This document shows positions 10,749-21,025 of a stretch of 32,000 nucleotides of DNA, in pieces (position 1 is the stretch's first letter; every line of letters starts with the position of its first letter). The DNA is taken from assembly GCF_000350105.1 (NCBI RefSeq), contig NZ_CAIY01000016.1, positions 16,609 through 48,608 on the forward strand, read 5' to 3'. Origin of the DNA: Richelia intracellularis HH01. GTDB taxonomy: Bacteria; Cyanobacteriota; Cyanobacteriia; Cyanobacteriales; Nostocaceae. The notes under the pieces were generated by a model that did not search any database, was not told the origin of the DNA, and saw only the letters and a list, made by a program, of their open reading frames with translations. A program made the translations under genes and the position numbers.

Positions 10749-11141
10749 CTATCCCTTAAAATTGTTTAGAGTTGAGTCTAATGGTTGACAAAAATTATTC
10801 CAACCCTTTTTAAAGGCATACATGAGAATTGGTGCTGCTAATAGTATTGGAAAACTAGAAATTTGCTCGAAGTACATCATAACTCCTTTTAAATTGCTAT
10901 TAAGTAAGTCTTCCCTGAACTCGCTTCGACAAATAACAGTGCGCCATTTTTTTGCTAAACTATATAACCACTCCGAATTTTCTGTACCTGGTTCCTGTCC
11001 AATACGAATAGATAGAGTCATAGTTGCATCTTCTAAATCTCCCTCACAATCCTCAATTAAATCAAGGGCTTCTAAGGCTTGGGGATAATCTGCTAATAGA
11101 GAGCGGAACTGTGCAATTTCTTGTGATGTAACAATATTCAT
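10749..11141 (-). CDS. hypothetical protein
   Basis: 130-aa ORF with normal amino-acid composition, an acidic N-terminal half and one C-terminal hydrophobic segment (FPILLAAPILMYAF). G+C is higher than in the flanks. I do not recognise the family. Confidence 0.45.
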   Translation of the reverse strand: MNIVTSQEIAQFRSLLADYPQALEALDLIEDCEGDLEDATMTLSIRIGQEPGTENSEWLYSLAKKWRTVICRSEFREDLLNSNLKGVMMYFEQISSFPILLAAPILMYAFKKGWNNFCQPLDSTLNNFKG

Positions 11142-12336
11142 AAAGTTTTATTCTAGTCAGTTATGTTTTACCTATTCAACTTTGCCATTTTATTAATTTG
11201 CTAATCTATTGACAACTGACTGTAATCTAAAAGATAATTTTATAAAAGTAGTTTATTATTGAATTGAGCACAAGTATGATTTGAATTTGTGATTGTTCAC
11301 TAGTATTCATTAATGTTCTCTTAACTAAGATAGCATAGTCACATTGGATATTACTAAAAACCTCTGATATAGAAAAATCTGATTAACTAAATATCTTTAT
11401 GTTATTAATTTAACCTGGTAATTCTAATTGGTACTAGATATTTTGATGTATAGTTCCTTTTCTTTGTGGTGAATTTTTTAAATTTCAGATTTCATAAGCA
11501 TCGTAAAGCTGATAAAATCCAGGGCTTTCAGTCGCTTATATACTTGCAATAGTCCCAAAACACCCCGTATAGAAAACGTAACTGAACTACTGAACATAGG
11601 GTTAAACACCTTACAGCAGGAATCATCAGAGAAATAAACAGTTAAGAGTTGATCTAAATCAACCTAAAAATTCTATAAGCTCGATCTCATATTAATGTTC
11701 ATTAAATCATTTCTGTTATTGTATTTTTTATTTCCCCAGTCTGAAGTCTTATCAGTATAATGATTACAATCATTACTTGTATTACCTTGATCATTATAAA
11801 GCTTTACAGTTATTATATGACTCGCTGCATGTTACTTCATTAAGTCTATAAGTAATTACTATATATCCCAAGAACACTTTAGACAACTTATACATAAATT
11901 TATTTACCAGAAACTCCCTTAAACTTAACTCGAAAATTAGGGGCAACATTTTGTCATTGAAAAAAGAAACTACAAATTTTGCTGATGAAAGCTCTTAATA
12001 GATGAATTTTGTAATAAGATACACTAAGTTTAAAATGCTTTAGCTAATTCAAGAAGATAAGAATAGAAGAGAACTAACCATCTTAAAATATAATTAACTT
12101 CAGGTTAAAATTTTGTCAGTGTAATGATTAATTCAGTTATATCCTTGAAATTTTTCTGAATAGATAGATAACATAGTCTCTGAAATACTAAGTAAATTTA
12201 TTATTCCCCAAAGAGAAAAAGCAAGGCCAAAAAACACTTTAAAAAAATAGTATTCACAATGCATTTCTTTAAGTGTTACTAATACAAATAGAATATAACC
12301 ATAAAACTCAAGCCAAAGTTTTAGTTTTAATACTTT

Positions 12337-13752
12337 TCAATTAATATTTGCCGATTCATATTTTTGTTCTGTTTCTTCTGTCAAGCCTAAAGCTGACTGA
12401 TACAGATTTAAATACTGCTTGGCTGAAGTATGCCAACTAAAATCTTGTTTCATACATCGTTTTTGTAAGGTTTTCCATTGGTCTTTGTAACGGAAACTTT
12501 CCCAAGCTCTTACCATACAGGTAAATAAATCTAAGGGTTCATATCTATCAAAACAGTAACCAGTACCTACCTGTCCCATAGGTTCGTGATGAGAGACTGT
12601 GTCTACTAGTCCCCCGGTGCGACGAACAATAGGTACACTCCCATAGCGCATGGCTATCATTTGACTAATACCACAAGGCTCAAAACGGCTAGGCATAAGG
12701 AAAACATCAGAACCCGCATATATGCGTCGGGATAGAATATCATTATAAAGCAAGTAAGTAGCTACACGTCCAGGGTAACGAGATGCCATTTGCCACATGT
12801 GACTTTCATAATAACGATCACCTGTGCCTAAAATAATAAATTGAGCATCTGTATATGCTATAAAGTTATCAAGGATTTGTAAAACTAAATCAATTCCTTT
12901 TTGTTCAACTAACCTTGTTACCATACCAATTAAGAAAGTATTGGAGTTAACTTCTAGCCCTACTTCTTCTTGTAAATAAATCTTATTGAATTTACGTTTC
13001 TCCAATGTTTCCGGAGTAAAATTCTGATAAATATACTGGTCATTAGCTGGATTATAAATATTTGCATCAATACCATTAAGAATGCCGGAGATTTTTCCAC
13101 TCATTAAAGATAAAAGGCATTCTAGTTTTTCACCATAACTAGCTGTTTGTATTTGAGCTGCATAAGTTGGAGAAACAGTATTAACTCTATCTGCATATTG
13201 TACCGCGACTGACATAGTATTATGTCCTTGCATATACCAAGGACACCAAGTAATTTGATTCAAATACCATCGCCAAGGACCTTGATATGCAAGATTATGG
13301 ATGGTAAATACAGTGTTAATATCTGGAGATTGATGCATCCATACTGGAATCATTCCTGTATGCCAATCATGACAGTGAATTATTTGTGGTTTCCAGTAAT
13401 TCCAACAGAATTCTGCTGCCCCATTGGCAAAAAATGTAAATCTCCAAGCCTCATCTGCTCCAGAATAAATGCGTCGGGGGTCAAAGACAGGATGTCCAAA
13501 TAAATACAAAGGCACACTAGTACCAGGTAGAACTGTTTCGTAAACAGCAAAATTCTGAAACATAGCGTATCCCCACCAAATAGGCTTCTTGGGAATTTCC
13601 ATTTTGTCTATGAGAAAGCCATAATAGGGCATGAAGATGCGTACATCATGACCCATTTTCCTGAGAATATCAGGTAGTGCCCCCACAAAGTCACCCAGAC
13701 CCCCAACTTTTGCAATAGGAACAGCCTCTGCTGCAACAAATAGAACCTGCAT
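12337..13752 (-). CDS. glgA: glycogen (starch) synthase, ADP-glucose type
   Basis: 471 aa. It has the GT5 N-terminal signature ([21 protein letters not shown]), then HCHDWHTG and the C-terminal [33 protein letters not shown]. Confidence 0.92.
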   Translation of the reverse strand: MQVLFVAAEAVPIAKVGGLGDFVGALPDILRKMGHDVRIFMPYYGFLIDKMEIPKKPIWWGYAMFQNFAVYETVLPGTSVPLYLFGHPVFDPRRIYSGADEAWRFTFFANGAAEFCWNYWKPQIIHCHDWHTGMIPVWMHQSPDINTVFTIHNLAYQGPWRWYLNQITWCPWYMQGHNTMSVAVQYADRVNTVSPTYAAQIQTASYGEKLECLLSLMSGKISGILNGIDANIYNPANDQYIYQNFTPETLEKRKFNKIYLQEEVGLEVNSNTFLIGMVTRLVEQKGIDLVLQILDNFIAYTDAQFIILGTGDRYYESHMWQMASRYPGRVATYLLYNDILSRRIYAGSDVFLMPSRFEPCGISQMIAMRYGSVPIVRRTGGLVDTVSHHEPMGQVGTGYCFDRYEPLDLFTCMVRAWESFRYKDQWKTLQKRCMKQDFSWHTSAKQYLNLYQSALGLTEETEQKYESANIN

Positions 13753-13830
13753 GATAACTTGTTTTTCCTAATTATCCCTATATGTTTGATCTAAATTTGC
13801 ACCCGCGGCTTTTGCAGTTGGTACGTTTAT

Positions 13831-13879
13831 AAGTTAAATTTCTCTAATTTCATGGCATGAAATTAGAGAAATTTAACTT
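13831..13879. repeat. 49-bp perfect palindrome (24-nt arms around a single central G)
   Basis: The sequence is AAGTTAAATTTCTCTAATTTCATG-G-CATGAAATTAGAGAAATTTAACTT. It lies in the 211-bp hemC-glgA spacer, 85 nt after the hemC stop and 79 nt before the glgA start. No U-tract follows on either strand. Confidence 0.75.
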
Positions 13880-13963
13880 CTACTTACTAATAATGAGCCA
13901 ATATGCATAATGCGACCCTGATATTTCTACTGGCAATTTTTGGATGTCAGGCTAATAGAAACT

Positions 13964-14926
13964 TCACCTTGATCCGGCTAATATTTCATCCAAAATTTCT
14001 TGCCCCCCCTTTTGGCTTAGACTTTCAGCTAAAAGAAAACCTAATTGCTCAGCATCTTCTATAGTACCGATGATAGTATCTTTTACTAACCTTTTTCCAT
14101 CTATACTGGCAACTACACCCATTAATGTCAATCTATCATCAATAATTCTAGTACTTACACCAATAGGAACTTGACAACCACCTTCCAAGGTTCGAAGGAG
14201 TGCCCGTTCTGCTAAACAGCAATCGCGGGTTTCAGGGTGCTCAATAACTTTTAGGAGAGAAATTAGCTCTGCATCATCAGCACGACACTCAATTCCTAAA
14301 GCTCCTTGTCCAACAGCATGTAGGGAGATATCATTGGGAATGACTTGATGAATACGATCCCTCATACCCAGTCTCTTCAAGCCCGCTACCGCAAGAATTA
14401 AAGCATCATATTCACCAGTATCCAACTTTGCTATACGAGTGTTCAAATTACCTCTTACATCCTTAAAGTTAAAGTGGGGATACTTATTACGTAGTTGAGC
14501 CAACCTCCTTAGTGAAGATGTGCCGATGATAGCATCAATGGGTAAGGTATCAATCTGTAGCTTATTATACTTAGTATTTACAACCAAGGCGTCCGCGGGA
14601 TTTTCTCTTTCAGTAATTGAGGCTAGGACCAAACCTTCTGGCAAATTAGTTGGAAGATCCTTCAGGGAATGAACTGCAAAATCAATCTCATGATTTATCA
14701 TCCCTAGTTCCAATTCTTTGGTAAAGAGCCCTTTATCTCCTATTTTAGCCAAGGCAACATCCAAGATCTTATCACCTTGAGTAGATATGGCACAGACTTC
14801 AAAATTGATATCAGGAAAGGATTTCTGGAGTTCTTCTCTTACCCAATATGTTTGAACCAGAGCTAACTGGCTTTTACGAGAACCAATACGAATAGTACGT
14901 TTAGAACAGGAAACAAGAGATGTCAT
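13964..14926 (-). CDS. hemC: hydroxymethylbilane synthase (porphobilinogen deaminase)
   Basis: 320 aa. Diagnostic stretches are [43 protein letters not shown] and GGCQVPIG, the last containing the cofactor-binding Cys. Confidence 0.93.
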   Translation of the reverse strand: MTSLVSCSKRTIRIGSRKSQLALVQTYWVREELQKSFPDINFEVCAISTQGDKILDVALAKIGDKGLFTKELELGMINHEIDFAVHSLKDLPTNLPEGLVLASITERENPADALVVNTKYNKLQIDTLPIDAIIGTSSLRRLAQLRNKYPHFNFKDVRGNLNTRIAKLDTGEYDALILAVAGLKRLGMRDRIHQVIPNDISLHAVGQGALGIECRADDAELISLLKVIEHPETRDCCLAERALLRTLEGGCQVPIGVSTRIIDDRLTLMGVVASIDGKRLVKDTIIGTIEDAEQLGFLLAESLSQKGGQEILDEILAGSR

Positions 14927-16441
14927 AAACTAAATACTTAGAGTCAGGAGTCAAATTCACTCTCATCTAGACTACCGCAGCGGGTGACAGATTCAGCTAT
15001 CAGTATATTACTTATTGTTTATTTACTTTATTCTCCACCAATAATGATATAAATGGTGTGATTAACATTATTGGATCATATGCTGCAAATCAGCTAAATT
15101 ATATGTTTAGTAAAATGTGAATTATGAGATGAAAGCAAGCATCTAATATGATAATTCTCTTGGGAACATTTTTACTTTTATGATTGGCTTATTTACTGAT
15201 GCTAGTATCACCTTTATATTTGACATGGCTGATTTAAAAAAATAATAAATATTAACTGAAGAAAATTACTGATCTTCAATCTATTTATAAATTATCAAAA
15301 AATATATAAAACATTTTTTGCTTCATAAAACATGTGTAAAGGTTATAATTTCCTATATAAAAAATAGTAAAATACTACTTAATTAACAATTATCTATGCA
15401 AAAGAATATCCCTTGATAATGTGTGTTCATCATAAGTACAAATCCGAATTTTATAAGTTTAATTGACCAGAATATGATGTCCATAAGTACTTACTTTTTC
15501 ATCTAAACTTATTATTCTATAGTCACTATACATAGTATAAGCAAGCTTGTATAAAAGTTACTTCTCTTTATAAAAGAAATAAAAAAGATCACTTGTATTG
15601 GCTACCATTCTAACAATTAGGTTACCCCATAATATATTAGATATATTTTCATATATAACATTCTTAAAAAGATAGTAATTTAAAATTTTAGGAATCCTAA
15701 GCTATCTAATTAGCTCAGCAAGTATGGTGAATAAAAAGTAGATAAATAATAAAAAATTGGAAAATATGAAATCAATTGAGTATAAATTGGATAATAACTT
15801 CGAATATCATATGAATTTAGAGTATGATCTAAATCAGGCTCAGATTTACTTTTGGAGTTTAAATCAATTGAATCGAAAGTAATTAAATATTGCAGTTCAT
15901 TGCTGTTGAGGTTTATTTGATTTTTCATCATAGGTTATTAGCAAACTCGAGCGAATGACTAAAAAGCTTTCCGAGCATATAATTTAATTCTATTAAGTAT
16001 TCAAAGTAGTAATCTGACAAGTCTGTGTAAACCTTATATAGGGGTATTTTTAAATAATCCAATTTGGTGTAGTAACTTTTATTCAATTAAGGTTTGAAAA
16101 AAATTGAATTTGTCTAGATTCCAAAACCAAAATAATCTTACTTATTTAACTTATTTACAAGGTATTCTAATTTCCACTATCTTCTATAAGTAGGAAGTCG
16201 GAAGATAAGTTTTACTGTCTCAATTCTTCTACCTCAGTATATAAAATTGTGTTCCCGGCTCACTAAACATTAACTTTGAACTTGTAAACATCAGATTTGG
16301 CCTTAGGAATCAAATTGATAAATAGTTTAAATGGTATATATATTTATTCCACTCGAGTAAACTTTGATCATGTAGTCCAGACATCATAATACTTAAAATC
16401 AAAACTAGCTATTTAACCTCTAACTATAATTATTCAACTTC

Positions 16442-17743
16442 TTAAGCATTTCTTTTTCTTATTGCCGATGAATTTGAATTGTTACAAATACCATAATATA
16501 GAGCTGCTTGAGAATTAGTAAAATTAATTAGTGACTCATCACCAAGATTTAAAATAGTAAGAGGCTTACTTGGAATCACACCCAAAGCATGAATAACTTC
16601 ACTGGCAATTTTCCTTGCTAGTAAGGGTGGCACTGAGTTACCTACTTGACGAAAACCATGCCATTTTGTCACATGAAAGCGAAACCAATCAGGATAGGAG
16701 TGTAAACGTGCTGCTTCCCGTACGGTGATACATCTGGGAGTAGATGGATGAATTGGACGAGGGGCAGTAAAAGAACCTCTAGAACTGGGGGTACCAGCTC
16801 TAAGGGTATTACAAAGGCCATCTTTTTCCAGTTTATAAAAGCGACTAATTGCTTCATTTTCACCTGCTGCAGTTGCCTCAAATCTATTTATAGATTCAAT
16901 ACCATGGCGAGTACGAACACTAGATGTTAATTTATATAAATCAAATATACGTTCATAGCCATAATTATATTTGTCAGTTTGGGGATAGTGCAACTTGTAA
17001 CTATAGTCACTGAATCTACCATATTCTACAGTTGCCCAATCTTGTTCTAGTAGTTCAGGAATCAATTCTACCTCTGGTAAATCACCAATTGCATCCCATA
17101 CTACTGGTGTGTAGGGTAAATCATCTTCCCGAAAGAGTAAATGTTTTGTCTTCTGCCACTTAGCTGGTTTGGTTTGAGGTTGGGGATATTGAGGTAGAGA
17201 TAGATCTTGAAGACACCCCAATAGAAATAATCTGCTTCTATTTTGGGGAACTCCATAATTAGCAGCATTTAATACCTGATAATGCTCTTGTATTTGATAG
17301 CCAGATTCCCGGAACTTGTCCATCATTTCCACCAGGAAATGACGATGTTTCCCCATTATTAATCCAGGTACATTTTCCAACACGAAATATTTAGGTTTCA
17401 GATTAGTTACTACTCGCCAAAAGTGAAATAACAAACTATTATATGGATCTGTAAACGCACGCTTACCAATCAAGGAAAACCCTTGGCAAGGAGAACCACC
17501 AAATACTACGTCAATTGTGTAGTTACTAATTTGAGAAAAATCCCTAATTTCTCCACCATTTAATTCTTCAATACTTTTACATAAGACTGAACTAGATGGG
17601 AAATTAAACTGGTAAACTGCACAATGAATTGGGTCTAACTCTACAGCAGCAAGTACATCAAAACCAGCTTGTTCAAAACCAAGTGACATACCACCGGCAC
17701 CTGCAAAAAGATCTACAGCAATAGGTCTTTGTTTGCTATGCAT
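16442..17743 (-). CDS. dcm: DNA (cytosine-5)-methyltransferase, solitary
   Basis: 433 aa with the full ordered C5-MTase motif set. Motif I is DLFAGAGGMSLGF, IV is GGSPCQGFS (catalytic Cys), VI is ENVPGL, VIII is QNRSRLFLLG, IX is RCITVREAARLHSYPDWFRF and X is GNSVPPLLARKIA. A variable (target-recognition) region of roughly 150 aa lies between VIII and IX. Confidence 0.92.
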   Translation of the reverse strand: MHSKQRPIAVDLFAGAGGMSLGFEQAGFDVLAAVELDPIHCAVYQFNFPSSSVLCKSIEELNGGEIRDFSQISNYTIDVVFGGSPCQGFSLIGKRAFTDPYNSLLFHFWRVVTNLKPKYFVLENVPGLIMGKHRHFLVEMMDKFRESGYQIQEHYQVLNAANYGVPQNRSRLFLLGCLQDLSLPQYPQPQTKPAKWQKTKHLLFREDDLPYTPVVWDAIGDLPEVELIPELLEQDWATVEYGRFSDYSYKLHYPQTDKYNYGYERIFDLYKLTSSVRTRHGIESINRFEATAAGENEAISRFYKLEKDGLCNTLRAGTPSSRGSFTAPRPIHPSTPRCITVREAARLHSYPDWFRFHVTKWHGFRQVGNSVPPLLARKIASEVIHALGVIPSKPLTILNLGDESLINFTNSQAALYYGICNNSNSSAIRKRNA

Positions 17744-17820
17744 TTAGTTTTAAATTATTATTAATTCTGATTATGTGGAATAAACAAATACAGGAATAGA
17801 AAATAGACCACCCTGTTAAT

Positions 17821-17840
17821 TTAGAGTCTTTAGACTCTAA
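17821..17840. promoter_or_regulatory. 20-bp palindrome TTAGAGTCT-TT-AGACTCTAA, 78-97 bp upstream of the methyltransferase start; candidate operator
   Basis: 9-bp perfect arms read directly. Only its position relative to the MTase start codon (17743) suggests a regulatory role. Confidence 0.3.
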
Positions 17841-18597
17841 AATTTTCATGTGAAAAGGACTAATAAAAAATGTCCATTCAATATTTTTTATTTGAATATC
17901 TAACATGTCTCTTATATATATTCTTCTATTTTGATTAGATAATATCTTAAGGAGAGAACTAAGACTAATTAAAATTTCCTGTACACTATAGCCTAATGCA
18001 AGAATCTAGGCATCTTATAAATTTAAAAGTAAGTGATATACTCAACAATATACCATATCTATATGAGAGAGCCTAATCTTAAAATCAAACGATAAAATAT
18101 TTCAACTATTAGAACATAGAAAAGCTGGTATATGTTATTTTTTCTGAAAAATTATAAAATATGGATTGGCTGACCAGTATTTTAATAAAACTATACAAAG
18201 AAATATATAAGCTCAAAATAAGCAGGAATTTAAATGGTTAAATTTAGTGAAAATATTATCAACAGAAAAAATATAACTTAAAGAAAAAACTACAATTGTT
18301 TCTGCTAGAAGGAATGAGCTTGAGTAGTACGATAAACGCCAAAATCCTTATGAAAGAAGCCTTAGATTGTATGCTGCAGCTGCAATAGATACCAACTCTG
18401 ATGATTTGGCATATATTTATAATATCAATCTAAAAACAATCTAATTGCTCATTTAAAGATAAATAACTTCAATTATGACTATTTTATGTAAAATTTTACA
18501 TATGTACATGTTTAGGGGGTTTAACCTTACACTTGCGCATGTAATTGTGTTTTAGGAATTTACTTTAAGAATTTATGTTGTAGTGTTTCTTTTAGTA

Positions 18598-18669
18598 CTG
18601 GGGTGCTAGGATTCGAACCTAGGAATGGCGGGACCAAAACCCGCTGCCTTACCACTTGGCTACACCCCA
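18598..18669 (-). tRNA. tRNA-Gln (anticodon UUG)
   Basis: Manual cloverleaf of the reverse complement: TGGGGTG TA GCCA AGTGGTAA GGCA GCGGG TTTTGGT CCCGC CATTC CTAGG TTCGAAT CCTAG CACCCCA G. Length is 72 nt. It has the U1-A72 pair typical of bacterial tRNA-Gln, and CCA is not encoded. Confidence 0.93.
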
Positions 18670-18682
18670 AAGATAATAAATA

Positions 18683-18712
18683 ATTATAGCAGGACTAAAA
18701 CGAATATGTCTA
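18683..18712 (-). promoter_or_regulatory. putative sigma70-type promoter of tRNA-Gln (-35 TAGACA, 18-nt spacer, -10 TATAAT)
   Basis: On the - strand, TATAAT (18688-18683) ends 13 nt before the mature tRNA 5' end. TAGACA (18712-18707) lies 18 nt upstream of it. This is a pattern match only, in AT-rich DNA where such hexamers are common. Confidence 0.35.
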
Positions 18713-20737
18713 GTACTGTAAGAATTTTTCTATAATGTAATATTCATTGCTAGATTTTGGATAATAGTAAATGGTTGTTATTTTATTTGCTAACCAATAA
18801 TATAGCTTTAGCTTTATTGCAATGATAATAGCAATAAAGCTTGGAAATAAGTCCCGGAGGATTTACCCATCAATATTAATAGGTTATACATTTATAGACT
18901 CAGGAGATATTCATAAACCAAAACTCACATAATTAAATATCTGCCCACTTAATACCAATAATGAGTCGTATTTTATTTTGTATCTAAGCTTAAACACTGC
19001 CAAGTACGGAGTTCGCTTGGAGCTTATTTGATACACTTGAATTAAGTAAGATATGTATAAGTTAATTATCTTAGTAATTAATTTATAAAGGAATTTAGGA
19101 TATTCTTACAGTTAATTGAATTTAGTTTTAACATCAAAACTACAAGGTGTTTAGGAATTTACTCTAAGATATGAAACGATATCTAGTTAAAGGGTAATCA
19201 TAAATAAGTTAGTTTGACAGCCCAGAAAAGTAGACTTGCATTAACTGCTAAAAGCTATTTGTTATTGGGATATTAAGTGTAGGTGTATTTTACGTACAAG
19301 AATAACTGTAAATATAGAAATTTATAAACTATATACATTTAGTTAAATCTATCTTGATGCACATCATTACAAAGATACTGCTATAAATTTTAACCTCTCC
19401 ATCGTTTTTCTTGAGTTGGGTTATAATAAAAAACTACGTTAATTATAAAACTTAAAAACAGAAAAGGGTAAAAATTTATTATTGGTATAACTTATAATAT
19501 TCTCTATCCTCATTACATTCCACACCAAATGTATGAGTTAAAGGCCTAAGGTCTGTATTTAGTATTGTAAAGCTAATTAAGTTGGATTTGATTAGAAAGC
19601 TAATACTCCCCACAAGAGAAGGACTTAATCTTTGTAAACTAGAATCAAGGTATTCAGCTTTAAGATAAAGTATTTTACTGTGCATAAAGTTCAATATTAA
19701 CATGAGAAAAATGAGTAAAGTAAGCCTAATAATCCTCTTGATTTGAGGGTTATATGTGCCAAAATGAAATTCAACTCAAGTTTTTAATCGCAGTGAAGTC
19801 ACAGCTCGATGTAAATCAATTATTTTTTCAGCATGGGGTAGTTGCCTTACTATATATGGACCCTAGTGGATTAGACCATAAGTTTAAATCTACCACCATA
19901 GATTCCTGATTGACTATTGCTACTATGTACTAGTGGTAACGTGCACACAAATATAAATGACCGTAAACTTATGATCTCATAAAAAACCATACTACCCTTT
20001 TATTTTTTATTGAGTGAATATACACTTGAGAACCGAACGTTAAGTAGTTTGATATTTTGTGTGTAATTGTTCCTCTTGGTTATCATAGCTCCTTGATATA
20101 TTGGGTATTTTCTAACGAATATTTATTATGTATTAAAAGTTACGTCAAACTCTTTTTCATGCGGAGGTCTAAATTTGGATTACTGTACATATAAATAAGA
20201 GTAGCCTCAATTATCTCAAATATTTTCTGGGTATGATACTTATTGGCTATTTTTTTAATGATTAGTATCATTAGAGTTTTATCAATTTAATATAGCTATG
20301 ACTAGAGGAATTAGTAGGATATATTATTCTTTATTTTATTTCTTTTATACGTATTACTATTGGCAAATTTGCTTATAGTTTCTTGTATTAACTTTATCAA
20401 AAGCTGCTTATCTTAAGATAAATAAGAAATTCAAAATTAAGTTTAGCAACTTATTTAATTTTAAGATAATGCAATACTATATATAATCTTAAGCATAAAA
20501 TATTCTGACCAAACCAGCAACAGATATATTCTATAAAAAAACCATAATTTATAATATAAATATTATATCAAGTTGATAATTAGTTATATTTTCTCACTTT
20601 CTATCAATAGATTCTTACAATAAAACTAGAGCTTCTCTAAATATTATATTGTTTATTACTACCTTGAGTAAATGATGATTACCTACGCCTAGAAACTAAT
20701 TATAAATATAGAAATAAACAAATACCTCAAGTAACGT

Positions 20738-20780
20738 AGAAATTACTTAATCAGAGAAATACTCTGATTAAGTAATTTCT
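20738..20780. terminator. 43-bp perfect hairpin (19-bp stem AGAAATTACTTAATCAGAG, 5-nt loop AAATA) followed on the + strand by a T-rich tract
   Basis: Read directly. The + strand continues CTTTCTCTTATCTTATTTTA. It lies 246 nt downstream of the pheS stop (- strand), where no U-tract follows. No intact + strand gene lies upstream. Confidence 0.4.
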
Positions 20781-21025
20781 CTTTCTCTTATCTTATTTTA
20801 TAAATTAAAACTAAATCAGTGTAGTGCTGCTTAGAATATACATTAATAGACATTTCTATAAACTTCGTTGGAAATTATGATCTAAAACTTTTCGATTTTT
20901 AAGAAAACAAAAACAGTTCAATGCAGATATCATAATAATGAACTGTTACAATCAGGTGAATATATGAGAAAAGGGAAGGTTAACTGCAAGCCCTAAACCA
21001 AAAAGTTCTGACTATGGAAGTATAT

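Noticed and set aside
10822-11088. 88-aa ORF antisense to the 130-aa hypothetical gene
   Set aside because: The two ORFs exclude each other. The - strand ORF is longer and has a more protein-like composition (acidic domain plus TM helix). The + strand product is S/K/I-rich and repetitive. This remains the least certain strand choice in the window.
13222-13503. 93-aa ORF antisense to glgA
   Set aside because: It is a shadow ORF within a very strongly supported CDS.
15710-15931. 73-aa ORF in the spacer downstream of the methyltransferase
   Set aside because: Its composition is extremely N/S/Y/I/L-rich, as expected from translating AT-rich DNA. It has no RBS and no recognisable domain. I looked at it as a possible remnant of a restriction partner but found nothing to support that.
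16669-16930. Two short ORFs (70 aa on the - strand in another frame, 60 aa on the + strand) inside the methyltransferase gene
   Set aside because: Both overlap the MTase CDS, whose motif order is complete in its own frame. They are out-of-frame or antisense artefacts.
14927-18597. Cognate restriction endonuclease or Vsr gene next to the C5 methyltransferase
   Set aside because: The spacers on both sides of the MTase gene (14927-16441 and 17744-18597) are closed by frequent stops in all frames. I could not recognise any PD-(D/E)XK, HNH or Vsr-like stretch. The MTase is therefore annotated as solitary.
19479-19703. 74-aa ORF in the 3.3-kb spacer
   Set aside because: The composition is low-complexity and AT-driven, and there are no motifs. 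It is most likely a chance ORF.
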